Assembly: GCA_902526865.1 (NCBI GenBank)
Contig: CABZMK010000004.1
Span: forward strand, 7,371-71,370
DNA: 64,000 nt
DNA from: an uncultured Alphaproteobacteria bacterium
GTDB lineage: Bacteria > Pseudomonadota > Alphaproteobacteria > Methylaequorales > Methylaequoraceae
Direction of reading: 5' to 3'
This document shows positions 9,949 to 19,466 of the stretch, piece by piece. The number at the start of each line of letters is the position of its first letter. Positions within the stretch are counted from its first letter, which is position 1. The position numbers and the translations under genes are program-made. A model generated the notes under the pieces. It was given only the letters and a program-made list of their open reading frames with translations, did no database searches and had not been told where the DNA came from.

Positions 9949-10632
9949 TTATTTCTTTATTACAAATAAGTTATTATCCTTTAAATTGTTTCTTGAGGAT
10001 AATTCAACAAAAAAATAATTGAATTTTTTCTTTTCAAAGAATTTTATAAATCTTTCTTTATCCTTATAAAAAATATCCTCTATAATATAAAATCCATTTG
10101 GTCCAAGAAAATTTATTGAGTTTAAGAAAAAGTTTATTGTTCCATCAAATTGATGACATCCGTCATCGATAATCAAATCAAAATTTCTAATTTTAATCTT
10201 CTTCCACATTTCTTTTATACTTTTTGAATCAAATTGATCCACTTTAAAAGTTTTAATTCTATCTTCTTTAAATAATGTATTAGTATCTATATCTGCTCCA
10301 AATATTTTTGCTTTAGAAAAAAAATTCTTCCATACCCTAAGTGAGGCTCCAGGCAATGATTTTCTTTTCAATGCGTCATTGAAGACTTTATTGGTTCCAA
10401 TCCCAAGTTCAAAAACTTTTTTTATATGAAAGCGCTGGTTAGAAAATAGGAAATAGTAAAGATCAGTATAGCTATGAGGTTTCCATGAAAAAAATTTATG
10501 AGAACCTTCAAAAGAACCTTTATCACAACCAAATTTTTTACACAGTTTATTGAGTTCGTTGGTATGGATTTGATAATTAAATGTAAAGGAATCTAAAGAG
10601 AGTGATTTTTGTTTATTGAAAAATTTGAACAT
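9949..10632 (-). CDS. Class I SAM-dependent methyltransferase
   Basis: 227-aa ORF. ELGIGTN... glycine-rich loop, GADID, and an IIDDGCH motif typical of sugar O-methyltransferase-like proteins. Confidence 0.65.
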   Translation of the reverse strand: MFKFFNKQKSLSLDSFTFNYQIHTNELNKLCKKFGCDKGSFEGSHKFFSWKPHSYTDLYYFLFSNQRFHIKKVFELGIGTNKVFNDALKRKSLPGASLRVWKNFFSKAKIFGADIDTNTLFKEDRIKTFKVDQFDSKSIKEMWKKIKIRNFDLIIDDGCHQFDGTINFFLNSINFLGPNGFYIIEDIFYKDKERFIKFFEKKKFNYFFVELSSRNNLKDNNLFVIKK

Positions 10633-10846
10633 ATTAAAGTAAAATCATTAATCTTATTGATTAAATTTTTAAAATTAAGCAAAACTTTTGGTTTTCTACC
10701 ATATTATTTTAAAGTTACAAATTATTAAGCAATATTTTCTCTTTGATGAAAACATCATTTTTTAGCTGTAAATTGCTATCTAAATTAAGTAAAATTTTAT
10801 TAAATTATGATTTTTAATAAAATTCTTTATATTTCTAAATCCCCCT

Positions 10847-12142
10847 TTGTTTATGTCTAGTTTGAAATTAATTCCTATCTTTAAAAAAACCTTAACAATT
10901 CCATTTCTTTTGATAGTTAGTTTTGTATATGTAATGATTTTTGGTATTTCGATATTACCTGATTCGAACACTTATATTGAAGGTCATGAATTTAGAACTG
11001 TTGGTTATCCAATTATTATTCATGTATTTAAAAAGATATTTAGAGAGAATGCATTGTTTTGTTTAGTGTTTTTACAACTTTTTTTGTGGCTACTTAGCTC
11101 ACTTTTTTTTGTAAAAGAAATATCCAGAGTTTTTAATCTCCCAAAGTACGTAACATTTTTTCTATTGATTATAATGTGTCTTCCTTTAAACCCTTATGAT
11201 AAATTTGGAAATGCTGTTTTAACCGAATCATTCTCATTTATTGGAATAATTTGGTTTTTGATTTTCATTTTTCGAACTTTTGAAAAAAATAATCTTAAAG
11301 AATTTTTGATTTTGACTCTAATTTTAGTATTCTCACAACTTATAAGACCTCAAATGCAGTTCCTGTCCTTTTTCTTAATAATTATTTCCTTTCCACTTTT
11401 TTTCATAAAAAAAAAGCAGGGATTCTTTTTTATAATTTGCGGGATTTTAGGTTTTTTTATTTCTTCTAATATTGATAAAACTTACCATTATTTTAAACAT
11501 GATAGATTTGGGACGATTCCTTTTACTGGAATCCAAATTATAAATCTTCCGCTTTTTACAATCTCTAAAAAAAATATAGAGAAAATTAGAAACCCTTCTC
11601 ATAAAATAGATATTCTTTTAATGAAGGAAAAATTAATAAAAAATGATCCTTACAACAATCAAGAAATTTTTGAGGCATCTAGACCAATTAATAATTTTGC
11701 AGCTTCCTACAACACAATTATATCAAAAGCAATATACCCAACATTACGAGAAAGATATCCAGAATATAAACATAACGAAATTGATAAAAAACTAATTGAA
11801 CTTACAAAAGAAATAGTCTTTGTGTGCCTACTAAATCAACCAGTTTCTTTAATATCAGCATATATAGATAATATTGTTCACTTGGGTTTCGCAGGATGGA
11901 TTTGGTTTCTACTTACTTTTTCTATCCTAATTCTTAGTCTCTTCTATTTTATAAAATTTAAAACTCAAAGATTGTTCATTCTATTAAGTATATGCATTGC
12001 TCATTTTTGTAATATAATATTAGTATCTGTTCTAGAGCCAGTAATTTGGAGATATAGTTTTTATACAGAATTACCATTAACTGTAATAATTATCACGTTA
12101 TTGATTCATTCATTTTTGTATAATTTTAAAAAAAATATTTGA
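10847..12142 (+). CDS. Polytopic membrane protein, GT-C-like glycosyltransferase candidate (paralogue A)
   Basis: 431-aa ORF with many TM helices. Shares motifs with the next ORF: PDSxxYI, (R)xxGYP(L)II, GNAxLTES, SYNxxIS, RYSFYT. Confidence 0.5.
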   Translation: MFMSSLKLIPIFKKTLTIPFLLIVSFVYVMIFGISILPDSNTYIEGHEFRTVGYPIIIHVFKKIFRENALFCLVFLQLFLWLLSSLFFVKEISRVFNLPKYVTFFLLIIMCLPLNPYDKFGNAVLTESFSFIGIIWFLIFIFRTFEKNNLKEFLILTLILVFSQLIRPQMQFLSFFLIIISFPLFFIKKKQGFFFIICGILGFFISSNIDKTYHYFKHDRFGTIPFTGIQIINLPLFTISKKNIEKIRNPSHKIDILLMKEKLIKNDPYNNQEIFEASRPINNFAASYNTIISKAIYPTLRERYPEYKHNEIDKKLIELTKEIVFVCLLNQPVSLISAYIDNIVHLGFAGWIWFLLTFSILILSLFYFIKFKTQRLFILLSICIAHFCNIILVSVLEPVIWRYSFYTELPLTVIIITLLIHSFLYNFKKNI

Positions 12143-12149
12143 GAAAAAA

Positions 12150-13409
12150 ATGAAAGTTAACGATTTAATTATAGCGTTTTTTCTAAGTTTCACTATAGTA
12201 TTTTTTCTCGGAGTGAATCTTAACCCCGATAGTATCTCTTATATCAATGATGATAAAATTAGGCCACCAACCTATCCATTAATTATTAATTTTTATGATT
12301 ATATTTTTAAAAGTTATAGTTTAAATATTCTGGCATTCTTTCAAGTTTTTTTTTGGATTTGTGCATCAATTTATTTTTCAATTTTTTTGTGCGAAATTCT
12401 AAATATTTGGGGTCACTATAAATATCTTTTTCTCTTTTTTTTAATAATACCCATAAATCCAATTCATCAATATGGAAATGCTATACTTACTGAATCTCTC
12501 AGTTATGTATGTTGTATTGGGATTTTCATTAATATGTATAAAGTTTTTTTATATGAAAATAAAAAATATGCTCTTTATTTATTTTTGATTCTTTTAATTG
12601 CATTGACGCTCCGGCATCAGATGGTGTTTCTAAATTTATCAATTTTTATTTTCGCCATAATCCTATTAATTATAAACAACCAGAAAAAATCTCTAATACT
12701 ATTAACTGTAAGTATATTAAGTTTTTTTTCTGCAACTCTTATTAACAAATCATATTCTTTTTTTAAGTATGGCCAATTTGAAGAAAACAAGAGAATTGGT
12801 CTTCAAATATTGATTCTTCCATTGTTTAATATTTCTCAAGAATCAATATTAAGAATTGAAAATGATGAACAACGTAAAATTGTTTCTGATATGAAAGAAG
12901 AGTTTAATAATATTGATCCCTTCACTAAGAAAAATAAATCAAACAACATAAAGCCATTAAGGAATATTAATCATTATGCATCTTCCTATAATATACTAAT
13001 AAGTTATTCGGTTTTACCAGTAATAAAAAATTTTTATCCAGGTTTAACTCAAAATCAAATTGACAAAGAATTAATTAAACTGACAAAAACAATTCTTAAA
13101 ACTGTCATAAAATATGAAACTATTAAAACTATAAAAAGTTATTCAAATAATATTATTAGATTAGGTTTCTCAAATTTTTTTTGGTTTTTTTTATGTTGCT
13201 TTATACTTTTTTTTTCCTTGTTCAAATTTTTGAAAACTAAATCTCCTTCAATATTTTTTATACTTTTCTTGTCAACAACTCACTTTGTAAATATTGTTTT
13301 AGTATCAATTGTTGAACCTGTTCTATTTAGATATTCGTTTTACACAAATCTTGCAATGTGTGCTTTAGTTTTAGGATTATGTTTAAAAACAATTAAAATT
13401 AAAAACTAA
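12150..13409 (+). CDS. Polytopic membrane protein, GT-C-like glycosyltransferase candidate (paralogue B)
   Basis: 419-aa ORF, 7 nt downstream of paralogue A. Collinear motifs: NPDSISYIN, RPPTYPLII, YGNAILTESLSY, ASSYNILIS, FRYSFYT. Confidence 0.5.
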   Translation: MKVNDLIIAFFLSFTIVFFLGVNLNPDSISYINDDKIRPPTYPLIINFYDYIFKSYSLNILAFFQVFFWICASIYFSIFLCEILNIWGHYKYLFLFFLIIPINPIHQYGNAILTESLSYVCCIGIFINMYKVFLYENKKYALYLFLILLIALTLRHQMVFLNLSIFIFAIILLIINNQKKSLILLTVSILSFFSATLINKSYSFFKYGQFEENKRIGLQILILPLFNISQESILRIENDEQRKIVSDMKEEFNNIDPFTKKNKSNNIKPLRNINHYASSYNILISYSVLPVIKNFYPGLTQNQIDKELIKLTKTILKTVIKYETIKTIKSYSNNIIRLGFSNFFWFFLCCFILFFSLFKFLKTKSPSIFFILFLSTTHFVNIVLVSIVEPVLFRYSFYTNLAMCALVLGLCLKTIKIKN

Positions 13410-13491
13410 GCTTTTCTTTACTAAAAAAGTATTTTTTTTTTTAAATCTTCGATTCAAAACTCAACATTAACATTTTTAAATAATTAATGAA

Positions 13492-13986
13492 TTAAGATTT
13501 TTTATTTCGTGATCTATATAATTTTCGAATAAAATATATATTGAATAATACAAGCGACAGAGAAACTATCGTATTAATATTTGCTAAGGAAAATCCCATC
13601 ACACTAAAGAGTATTTCATCGCACTTTGTAAGTGAAACAGAATCTAGATGCATCCTTAAATCCTCAATGCTTTCAAAATCACCTACCGAGGAAGTACACC
13701 CAGAACTATATTCTATAACTCCTCTTTCTACCAAACTATGAAAAAAGGCAATCAAAAAGCTTGTAAAAAAAAGAAAAAAAATTGAATAGAAATGAATATT
13801 ATTATATTTCACAAAAAAGGAAATGATGCATATAAAAAGTATTAAGAAATAAGGAACTCTCTGGTAAATACATAATTCACAAGGAGGGAAATTGTAAAAA
13901 AATTCTAGTATGTATGCTCCAGATATTACCGCCAACGATACTGTAAAAACCAGAAGGAAATAATATTTTTTTATATTTTCAACCAT
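13492..13986 (-). CDS. dsbB: Disulfide bond formation protein B
   Basis: 164-aa ORF with four TM segments. The first periplasmic loop has CELCIYQRVPY, the DsbB CxxC signature. Confidence 0.75.
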   Translation of the reverse strand: MVENIKKYYFLLVFTVSLAVISGAYILEFFYNFPPCELCIYQRVPYFLILFICIISFFVKYNNIHFYSIFFLFFTSFLIAFFHSLVERGVIEYSSGCTSSVGDFESIEDLRMHLDSVSLTKCDEILFSVMGFSLANINTIVSLSLVLFNIYFIRKLYRSRNKKS

Positions 13987-14014
13987 ATAATTTTAAAAAA
14001 GTATTTAAAACAAA

Positions 14015-14761
14015 GTGAGTGTTTTTAATATAATATGTTATTTAAATTTAATGATTAAACATTTCAAAGAAAAATTCATCAAAAAAACCTTGATCTATAA
14101 ATTTTATAGATATTTTAAATATAAAATTAATTTTTTTCCTTCTTATGGCGCAACTGGAGAAGATATTTTGTTAAATAAAATATTTAAAAAAAAAATTGGT
14201 TTTTATGTAGATGTAGGCGCACTTCATCCAATTAATGGATCAAATACTTATCATCTTTATAAAAAAGGGTGGAAAGGAATTAACTTTGATCTAATGGAAG
14301 ACAACATAAAGCTATTCAAAATTTTTCGTCCAAGAGACATATCTCTAAGTATAGCTATTTCGTCAAAATCTGGTTTGATTAATTCCTACATATTTGATAG
14401 CGGATCAGGTCTCAATACTTTAGAAAGAAATTGGGCTGAAAAATGGTCTAAAGTACTAAATAAAAATTTTAAAACTGTTAAAGTAAAAAAAGAAAAACTT
14501 ACAAATCTGTTAGATAAGTTCAATTGTCCCAAAAATTTTGATCTTTTAAATATAGATGTTGAGAATCATGAAGTAGATGTTTTAAGAGGATTAGACTTTA
14601 AAATTTACAAACCTAAGATTATAACGATTGAAATACATGTAACAAAAACAAAAGATATATTCAAATCGCCAACTTATAAGTATTTGGAAAAGGAAAATTA
14701 TGAGTTGATATCACAATATTATCAAACATCTTTTTTTAAAATAAAGAATTTTAGGGTTTAG
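14015..14761 (+). CDS. FkbM-family methyltransferase
   Basis: 248-aa ORF (non-ATG first codon; the true start is uncertain). YVDVGALHPINGSNTYHL... and IDVENHEVDVLRGL are typical of the FkbM family. Confidence 0.7.
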   Translation: MSVFNIICYLNLMIKHFKEKFIKKTLIYKFYRYFKYKINFFPSYGATGEDILLNKIFKKKIGFYVDVGALHPINGSNTYHLYKKGWKGINFDLMEDNIKLFKIFRPRDISLSIAISSKSGLINSYIFDSGSGLNTLERNWAEKWSKVLNKNFKTVKVKKEKLTNLLDKFNCPKNFDLLNIDVENHEVDVLRGLDFKIYKPKIITIEIHVTKTKDIFKSPTYKYLEKENYELISQYYQTSFFKIKNFRV

Positions 14762-15342
14762 AGTAATTTAAACACATAAAGGATAAAAATAATTATTAAA
14801 GTTATACTTATAAAGTTAATATATTTTCCGATAATATTTTTAGTTGCATCACCATATTTAAAAACTAAATATGAAACCAAAAAAAATCTCAAAAATCGTG
14901 ACAATAAGGAGAAAGTTATAAACTGGAATATATTTATTCCTATTATTCCAGAACCTAAACAAGTAATTTTATAAGGGAATGGTGAAAAGCCACCTATAAT
15001 AATCAAAATTATTCCTACTTCGTAAAATTGCTCATTAAAGTGGTTCAATTTAGATATAAAAATTGGAAAAATTTCTGTTAGAAATGGAGAAATTTTGTTC
15101 CAAATTAAAAATCCGATGTAGTAAGCAAAAAGTCCACCAAGAACGGAAAAAAAAGTAACATAAATTGCGATCTTCAAGTATTCTCTCTTTTTAGCCAAAA
15201 CATAAGGTACTAAAAAAACATCTGTTGGAATTGGAAAAAAAATGGATTCAATGAATGAAATTAAGTATATATAAATTTTTGAATTTTTTTGTGAAAAAAA
15301 AATTATGCTTCTATTAAATATTTTTTCATATAAATTTTTCAT
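14758..15342 (-). CDS. YqaA/DedA-type (VTT domain) membrane protein
   Basis: 194-aa ORF. FIESIFFPIPTDVFLVPYVL motif and multiple TM helices. Confidence 0.6.
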   Translation of the reverse strand: MKNLYEKIFNRSIIFFSQKNSKIYIYLISFIESIFFPIPTDVFLVPYVLAKKREYLKIAIYVTFFSVLGGLFAYYIGFLIWNKISPFLTEIFPIFISKLNHFNEQFYEVGIILIIIGGFSPFPYKITCLGSGIIGINIFQFITFSLLSRFLRFFLVSYLVFKYGDATKNIIGKYINFISITLIIIFILYVFKLL

Positions 15343-15430
15343 TTTTTTTTACTTTTTGTGTTTGCTTGTAATTAAGCAGAATAATTTTTAAATGAATAAA
15401 AGTAATGATTAAATTATTAGTTTGCTTCAA

Positions 15431-17260
15431 TTAGTCTAAGTTAAATTCCTTTTTATAATTTCTTAATAAATTTTTATTCTGTTGATTTTTATCGAGAACA
15501 CAATTTTCAATAACTAACACATCTAAATTTGTACCCATAAAACACTTAAATGCATCTTGAGGTGAACAAACAATTGGTTCACCACGAATGTTAAACGACG
15601 TATTAATTAAAATTGGTGTTTTTGTTAATTTATAAAATTCGTTTATCAATTCATAAAAAATTGGATTACTATTTTTACTTACTGTCTGTATTCTTGCACT
15701 ATTGTCGATATGAGTAATACTCGGAACAACAGATCTTATCTGATTGATAGTAGAAAGTGTATTTAAATTTGATTTAACTTTAACAAGTTTATTTTTTTTT
15801 ACGTCAGATACAACTAGCATATAGGGACTTTTACAATCTAGGTTAAACCAATTCTTCGATTGTTCTTCTAAAATTGATGGTGCAAATGGTCTAAAACTTT
15901 CTCTAAATTTTATCTTAAGATTCAATTGTTTCTGCATCAATTTGTTTCGAGGATCAGCTAATATTGATCTAGATCCCAATGCTCTTGGTCCAAATTCCAT
16001 CTTTCCTTGAAACCAACCAATTGCCTTTCCTTGTGAAATCATTTTGGCAACTGTTCGGAGCATTTTTCTTTTCTCGAAAATTTTAAAATGAGCTCCAATT
16101 TTTTCTAATTCACCCTTAATCGAATTTAAATCATAAGAAGGACCCAAATAAGAGCCATTCATCTTATCGTTTTTAGTTAAAACTCTTCTTTTTTTTAAGT
16201 GCATATACCAAAGGGCAAGCGCTGATCCAATTGATCCTCCCGCATCACCAGCTGCAGGCTGAATCCAAATATTTTTAAAAATTTTCTCTCTTTGAATTAA
16301 TCCGTTGGCTACACAATTGAGTGCGACACCCCCTGCTAAACATAAATTATCCAAATTAAATTCTTGTTTTAATGACTTTAAAATTTTCAAAATTATTTTT
16401 TCAGTTACTTTTTGGATAGATGCAGCTATGTCCATATGAAATTTTTGAATTTTTGTTTCTGGCTTTCTTGCCTCTTTTTTAAATAATTTACTGAATTTTT
16501 CATTTGTCATTTTAAAGCCAGTTGAATAATCAAAATAACTTTGATCTAATCTGAATGAGCCGTCTTCTTTTATATCGATAAGTTTTTTTTCAATTAAATC
16601 TGAGTAAATTGGTTTGCCATAAGGTGCTAAACCCATTAATTTATATTCTCCACTATTAACTTTAAAACCAATGTAATAGGTAAAAGCAGAATACAATAAG
16701 CCTAGTGAATTTGGGTAGTTAATTTCTTTTTTTATCTTAATACTATTCTTTTCTCCAACTGCTACAGATGTAGTTGCCCACTCTCCAACACCATCAGCAG
16801 TGAAAATTAATGCTTTTTTAAATGGAGACGGAAAAAAAGCACTTGCTGCGTGACTCAAATGATGTTCGGAGAAAAAAAAAAATTTTTCATTAAAGTTGGG
16901 AGAAATTTTTTTTAAATTTTCTATGATCTCCCTTTTCATAAATAATTTTTCTTTAAGCCAAATAGGCATTGAAAATAAAAATTGTTTTAACCCCTTTGGA
17001 GCAAAATCTAAATATGTTTCAACTAATCTTTCAAATTTTAAAAATGGCTTTTCAAAAAAAACTACATAATCAACATCCATTAAATCTAACTTACAAGTTT
17101 CTAAAAGATTTTTTAGGGCTTTATTTGGGAAATTTGAATCATGCTTAATTCTTGAAAAACGCTCTTCTTGTGATGCGTAAATTATTTCACCATTTTCAAT
17201 TAAAGCTACAGCACTATCATGGAAATATGCTGATATCCCAATTATTCTTATTTTCTTCAT
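15431..17260 (-). CDS. Carbamoyltransferase (NodU/CmcH/SxtI family)
   Basis: 609-aa ORF. IIGISAYFHDSAVALIENGEIIYASQEERFSRIKHD at the N-terminus, and a C-terminal carbamoyltransferase domain (ITHIDNSARIQTV, NTSFNIRGEPIV). Confidence 0.9.
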   Translation of the reverse strand: MKKIRIIGISAYFHDSAVALIENGEIIYASQEERFSRIKHDSNFPNKALKNLLETCKLDLMDVDYVVFFEKPFLKFERLVETYLDFAPKGLKQFLFSMPIWLKEKLFMKREIIENLKKISPNFNEKFFFFSEHHLSHAASAFFPSPFKKALIFTADGVGEWATTSVAVGEKNSIKIKKEINYPNSLGLLYSAFTYYIGFKVNSGEYKLMGLAPYGKPIYSDLIEKKLIDIKEDGSFRLDQSYFDYSTGFKMTNEKFSKLFKKEARKPETKIQKFHMDIAASIQKVTEKIILKILKSLKQEFNLDNLCLAGGVALNCVANGLIQREKIFKNIWIQPAAGDAGGSIGSALALWYMHLKKRRVLTKNDKMNGSYLGPSYDLNSIKGELEKIGAHFKIFEKRKMLRTVAKMISQGKAIGWFQGKMEFGPRALGSRSILADPRNKLMQKQLNLKIKFRESFRPFAPSILEEQSKNWFNLDCKSPYMLVVSDVKKNKLVKVKSNLNTLSTINQIRSVVPSITHIDNSARIQTVSKNSNPIFYELINEFYKLTKTPILINTSFNIRGEPIVCSPQDAFKCFMGTNLDVLVIENCVLDKNQQNKNLLRNYKKEFNLD

Positions 17261-17261
17261 T

Positions 17262-17414
17262 TTAAAAAATAGTGTAGATAAATGGCGCTACTGCCGTTCC
17301 TTGAGTCAGAACAATCAAGGTACTAAATATAAGTAAGACAAATATGATCGGGAATAACCAAAATTTTTTCCGTTTGATCATAAACTTTAAAAACTCTTTA
17401 AAAAAACTTATCAT
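17262..17414 (-). CDS. 50-aa single-TM protein, SxtK/DUF5989-like
   Basis: Not in the ORF track (under 60 aa). Hand translation: MISFFKEFLKFMIKRKKFWLFPIIFVLLIFSTLIVLTQGTAVAPFIYTIF. The start overlaps the stop of the SxtJ-like ORF. The stop lies 1 nt before the carbamoyltransferase ATG. Confidence 0.55.
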   Translation of the reverse strand: MISFFKEFLKFMIKRKKFWLFPIIFVLLIFSTLIVLTQGTAVAPFIYTIF

Positions 17415-17818
17415 TAAAACTGATTCCTGAAATCAATTTTTTCATCCAATCTCTCAATCCAATAAGATTTGGTTTTACTATTAATTCTTCTTTTCAATAA
17501 ATCTATTGTTAAAATTCTTAAAATTAGATTTATAGGTAAAATTGTAACTATATAAACTAGAACCAAGACTATTGGAGAAAATATTTTGCCTAATAAAATC
17601 CCGAATTTCTCCCAGTAAAAAGCAAGTAGTTTTAAATAAGTAGGCAAATAATAAGTTAATAGAAAAAAAAATGTAGAAATAGAAAAAAAGTAAAAGAATA
17701 GAATGTTGTTTTGAAAAAAAAAATATAAAGTCATTAACACAAATATTACACTAAATGTATAACCAAAATTTTTACATTTTTTAAGGGGGAATTCTTGAAT
17801 CTTTTTTAGTTCAAACAT
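17414..17818 (-). CDS. SxtJ-like small membrane protein
   Basis: 134-aa ORF with 3-4 TM helices. Its position directly upstream of the DUF5989-like ORF and the carbamoyltransferase matches the recurrent triad. Confidence 0.5.
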   Translation of the reverse strand: MFELKKIQEFPLKKCKNFGYTFSVIFVLMTLYFFFQNNILFFYFFSISTFFFLLTYYLPTYLKLLAFYWEKFGILLGKIFSPIVLVLVYIVTILPINLILRILTIDLLKRRINSKTKSYWIERLDEKIDFRNQF

Positions 17819-17949
17819 TTAAAAATCATTTAATTTAATCAATTACTAATATCATCAAAAAAAGAAATTCTTAAATGTTTTTTTTAGTTTTTTTAGTTTA
17901 CTGATTAGAGTATAAAATAATTTTTCAATAAATAAAATTTTAGTTTCAA

Positions 17950-18657
17950 ATGCAAAATTCTAAAAACTCAAAATATTCTGGTGTTAAAGAAAAATTTAAT
18001 ATGGAAGTAATGACAAATTATAACAATCATATTTTTGAAGTCGCTTTAAATTATTTTAAAAATGTAAAAAAATGTGTTGATTTTGGGGCTGGAATTGGAA
18101 CACTTGCTCTAATATTTAGAAAAAAATTTAACATAAATCCAGTATGTATTGAAATCGACGAAGACAATATTAGTTACTTAAAAAAGAGAAAATTTAAATT
18201 CTTCAAAAATCTTAATAGCGCACCCACCGAGAATGACTTAATATTTTCTTCAAATGTCTTAGAACACATTGAAGATGATCAAAATACTTTAAATTTGATG
18301 AAAAAGAAATTAAAGAAAAATGGAATTTTATATCTTTTTCTTCCTGCTAAAATGTTTCTCTGGAGTGGAATGGATGAAGCTGTTGGTCACTATAGACGTT
18401 ATGAATTTAAAGAAATTAAAATAAAATGTGAAAGAGCAGGCTTTAAAATTAAGAAAATTCAATACGTTGATAGTATCGGTTTTTTTGCATCTTTAGCTAT
18501 AAAATTTTTTGGTTATGAGATAAATGATGGTTTAGGGTCTAAAAAGTCTATTAAATTTTATGATAAATATATTTTTCCAATTTCAAAAATTTTTGACATG
18601 ATTGGCTTTAAATATTTATTTGGAAAAAACTTGTTAATAATTGCAAAAAAATCATAA
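17950..18657 (+). CDS. Class I SAM-dependent methyltransferase
   Basis: 235-aa ORF. VDFGAGIGTLALIF (motif I) and FSSNVLEHIEDD. Confidence 0.75.
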   Translation: MQNSKNSKYSGVKEKFNMEVMTNYNNHIFEVALNYFKNVKKCVDFGAGIGTLALIFRKKFNINPVCIEIDEDNISYLKKRKFKFFKNLNSAPTENDLIFSSNVLEHIEDDQNTLNLMKKKLKKNGILYLFLPAKMFLWSGMDEAVGHYRRYEFKEIKIKCERAGFKIKKIQYVDSIGFFASLAIKFFGYEINDGLGSKKSIKFYDKYIFPISKIFDMIGFKYLFGKNLLIIAKKS

Positions 18658-18671
18658 TTTAAAATAATGAC

Positions 18672-19466
18672 ATGAAAATAAATCATAAAGATTCTTACTT
18701 TGACTTTGGAAACCAATTTAAGGTAGACAATAAAATCGATGGATACCATGGAAGCAAAGAAATGCTCGAAGACATTGTATACCCATTTAAACTAAATAAA
18801 GTTAAGAATAAGCTAATAATGGAAGTTGGATCTGGTAGCGGAAGAATCTTAAAAAATTTGGTAAAATATAATCCAAAAAAAATTTTTGGAGTTGAACCAT
18901 CAAAAGCTATTAAAGTTGCAAGAGAAAATAATATTAAAAATTCAAATAAGATAGAATTTAAAAATATAAAAGGTGAAGATATTTCCGAAAACAAAAAATT
19001 TGATTTTGTTTTTTCATTAGGAGTTATTCACCACACACCAAATTATCAAAAGGTTTGTAAAAATATTTTTAATTCTTTGAAAAAAAATGGTCAATTTGTA
19101 TGTTGGGTTTATGGCTATGAAGGAAATGAAATTTATGTTTTTATTTTTGATAATTTAAGAAGAATAACAATCTTGTTACCAGACTTTATTCTTAGATTGA
19201 TTTGTAATGTTTTAAACTTAATTTTATATCCATATATTTTTTTATGCAGATTTTTTTCCTTACCAATGAAAGGTTACTTATTAAATGTTTTTTCTAAATG
19301 CTCATACGAAAAAAGAAACTATATTATATTTGATCAACTGAACCCTTCGTTTTCAAAGTATTTTAAGAAAGAAGAAATATCTAGAGTAATGAAAGAATCC
19401 GGTTTTAAGAACATTAAAGTTTATAGAAGGCATAATTATTCTTGGACAGTTATTTCGCAAAAATGA
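18672..19466 (+). CDS. Class I SAM-dependent methyltransferase
   Basis: 264-aa ORF. MEVGSGSGRILKNL (motif I) and FSLGVIHHTPN. Confidence 0.7.
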   Translation: MKINHKDSYFDFGNQFKVDNKIDGYHGSKEMLEDIVYPFKLNKVKNKLIMEVGSGSGRILKNLVKYNPKKIFGVEPSKAIKVARENNIKNSNKIEFKNIKGEDISENKKFDFVFSLGVIHHTPNYQKVCKNIFNSLKKNGQFVCWVYGYEGNEIYVFIFDNLRRITILLPDFILRLICNVLNLILYPYIFLCRFFSLPMKGYLLNVFSKCSYEKRNYIIFDQLNPSFSKYFKKEEISRVMKESGFKNIKVYRRHNYSWTVISQK

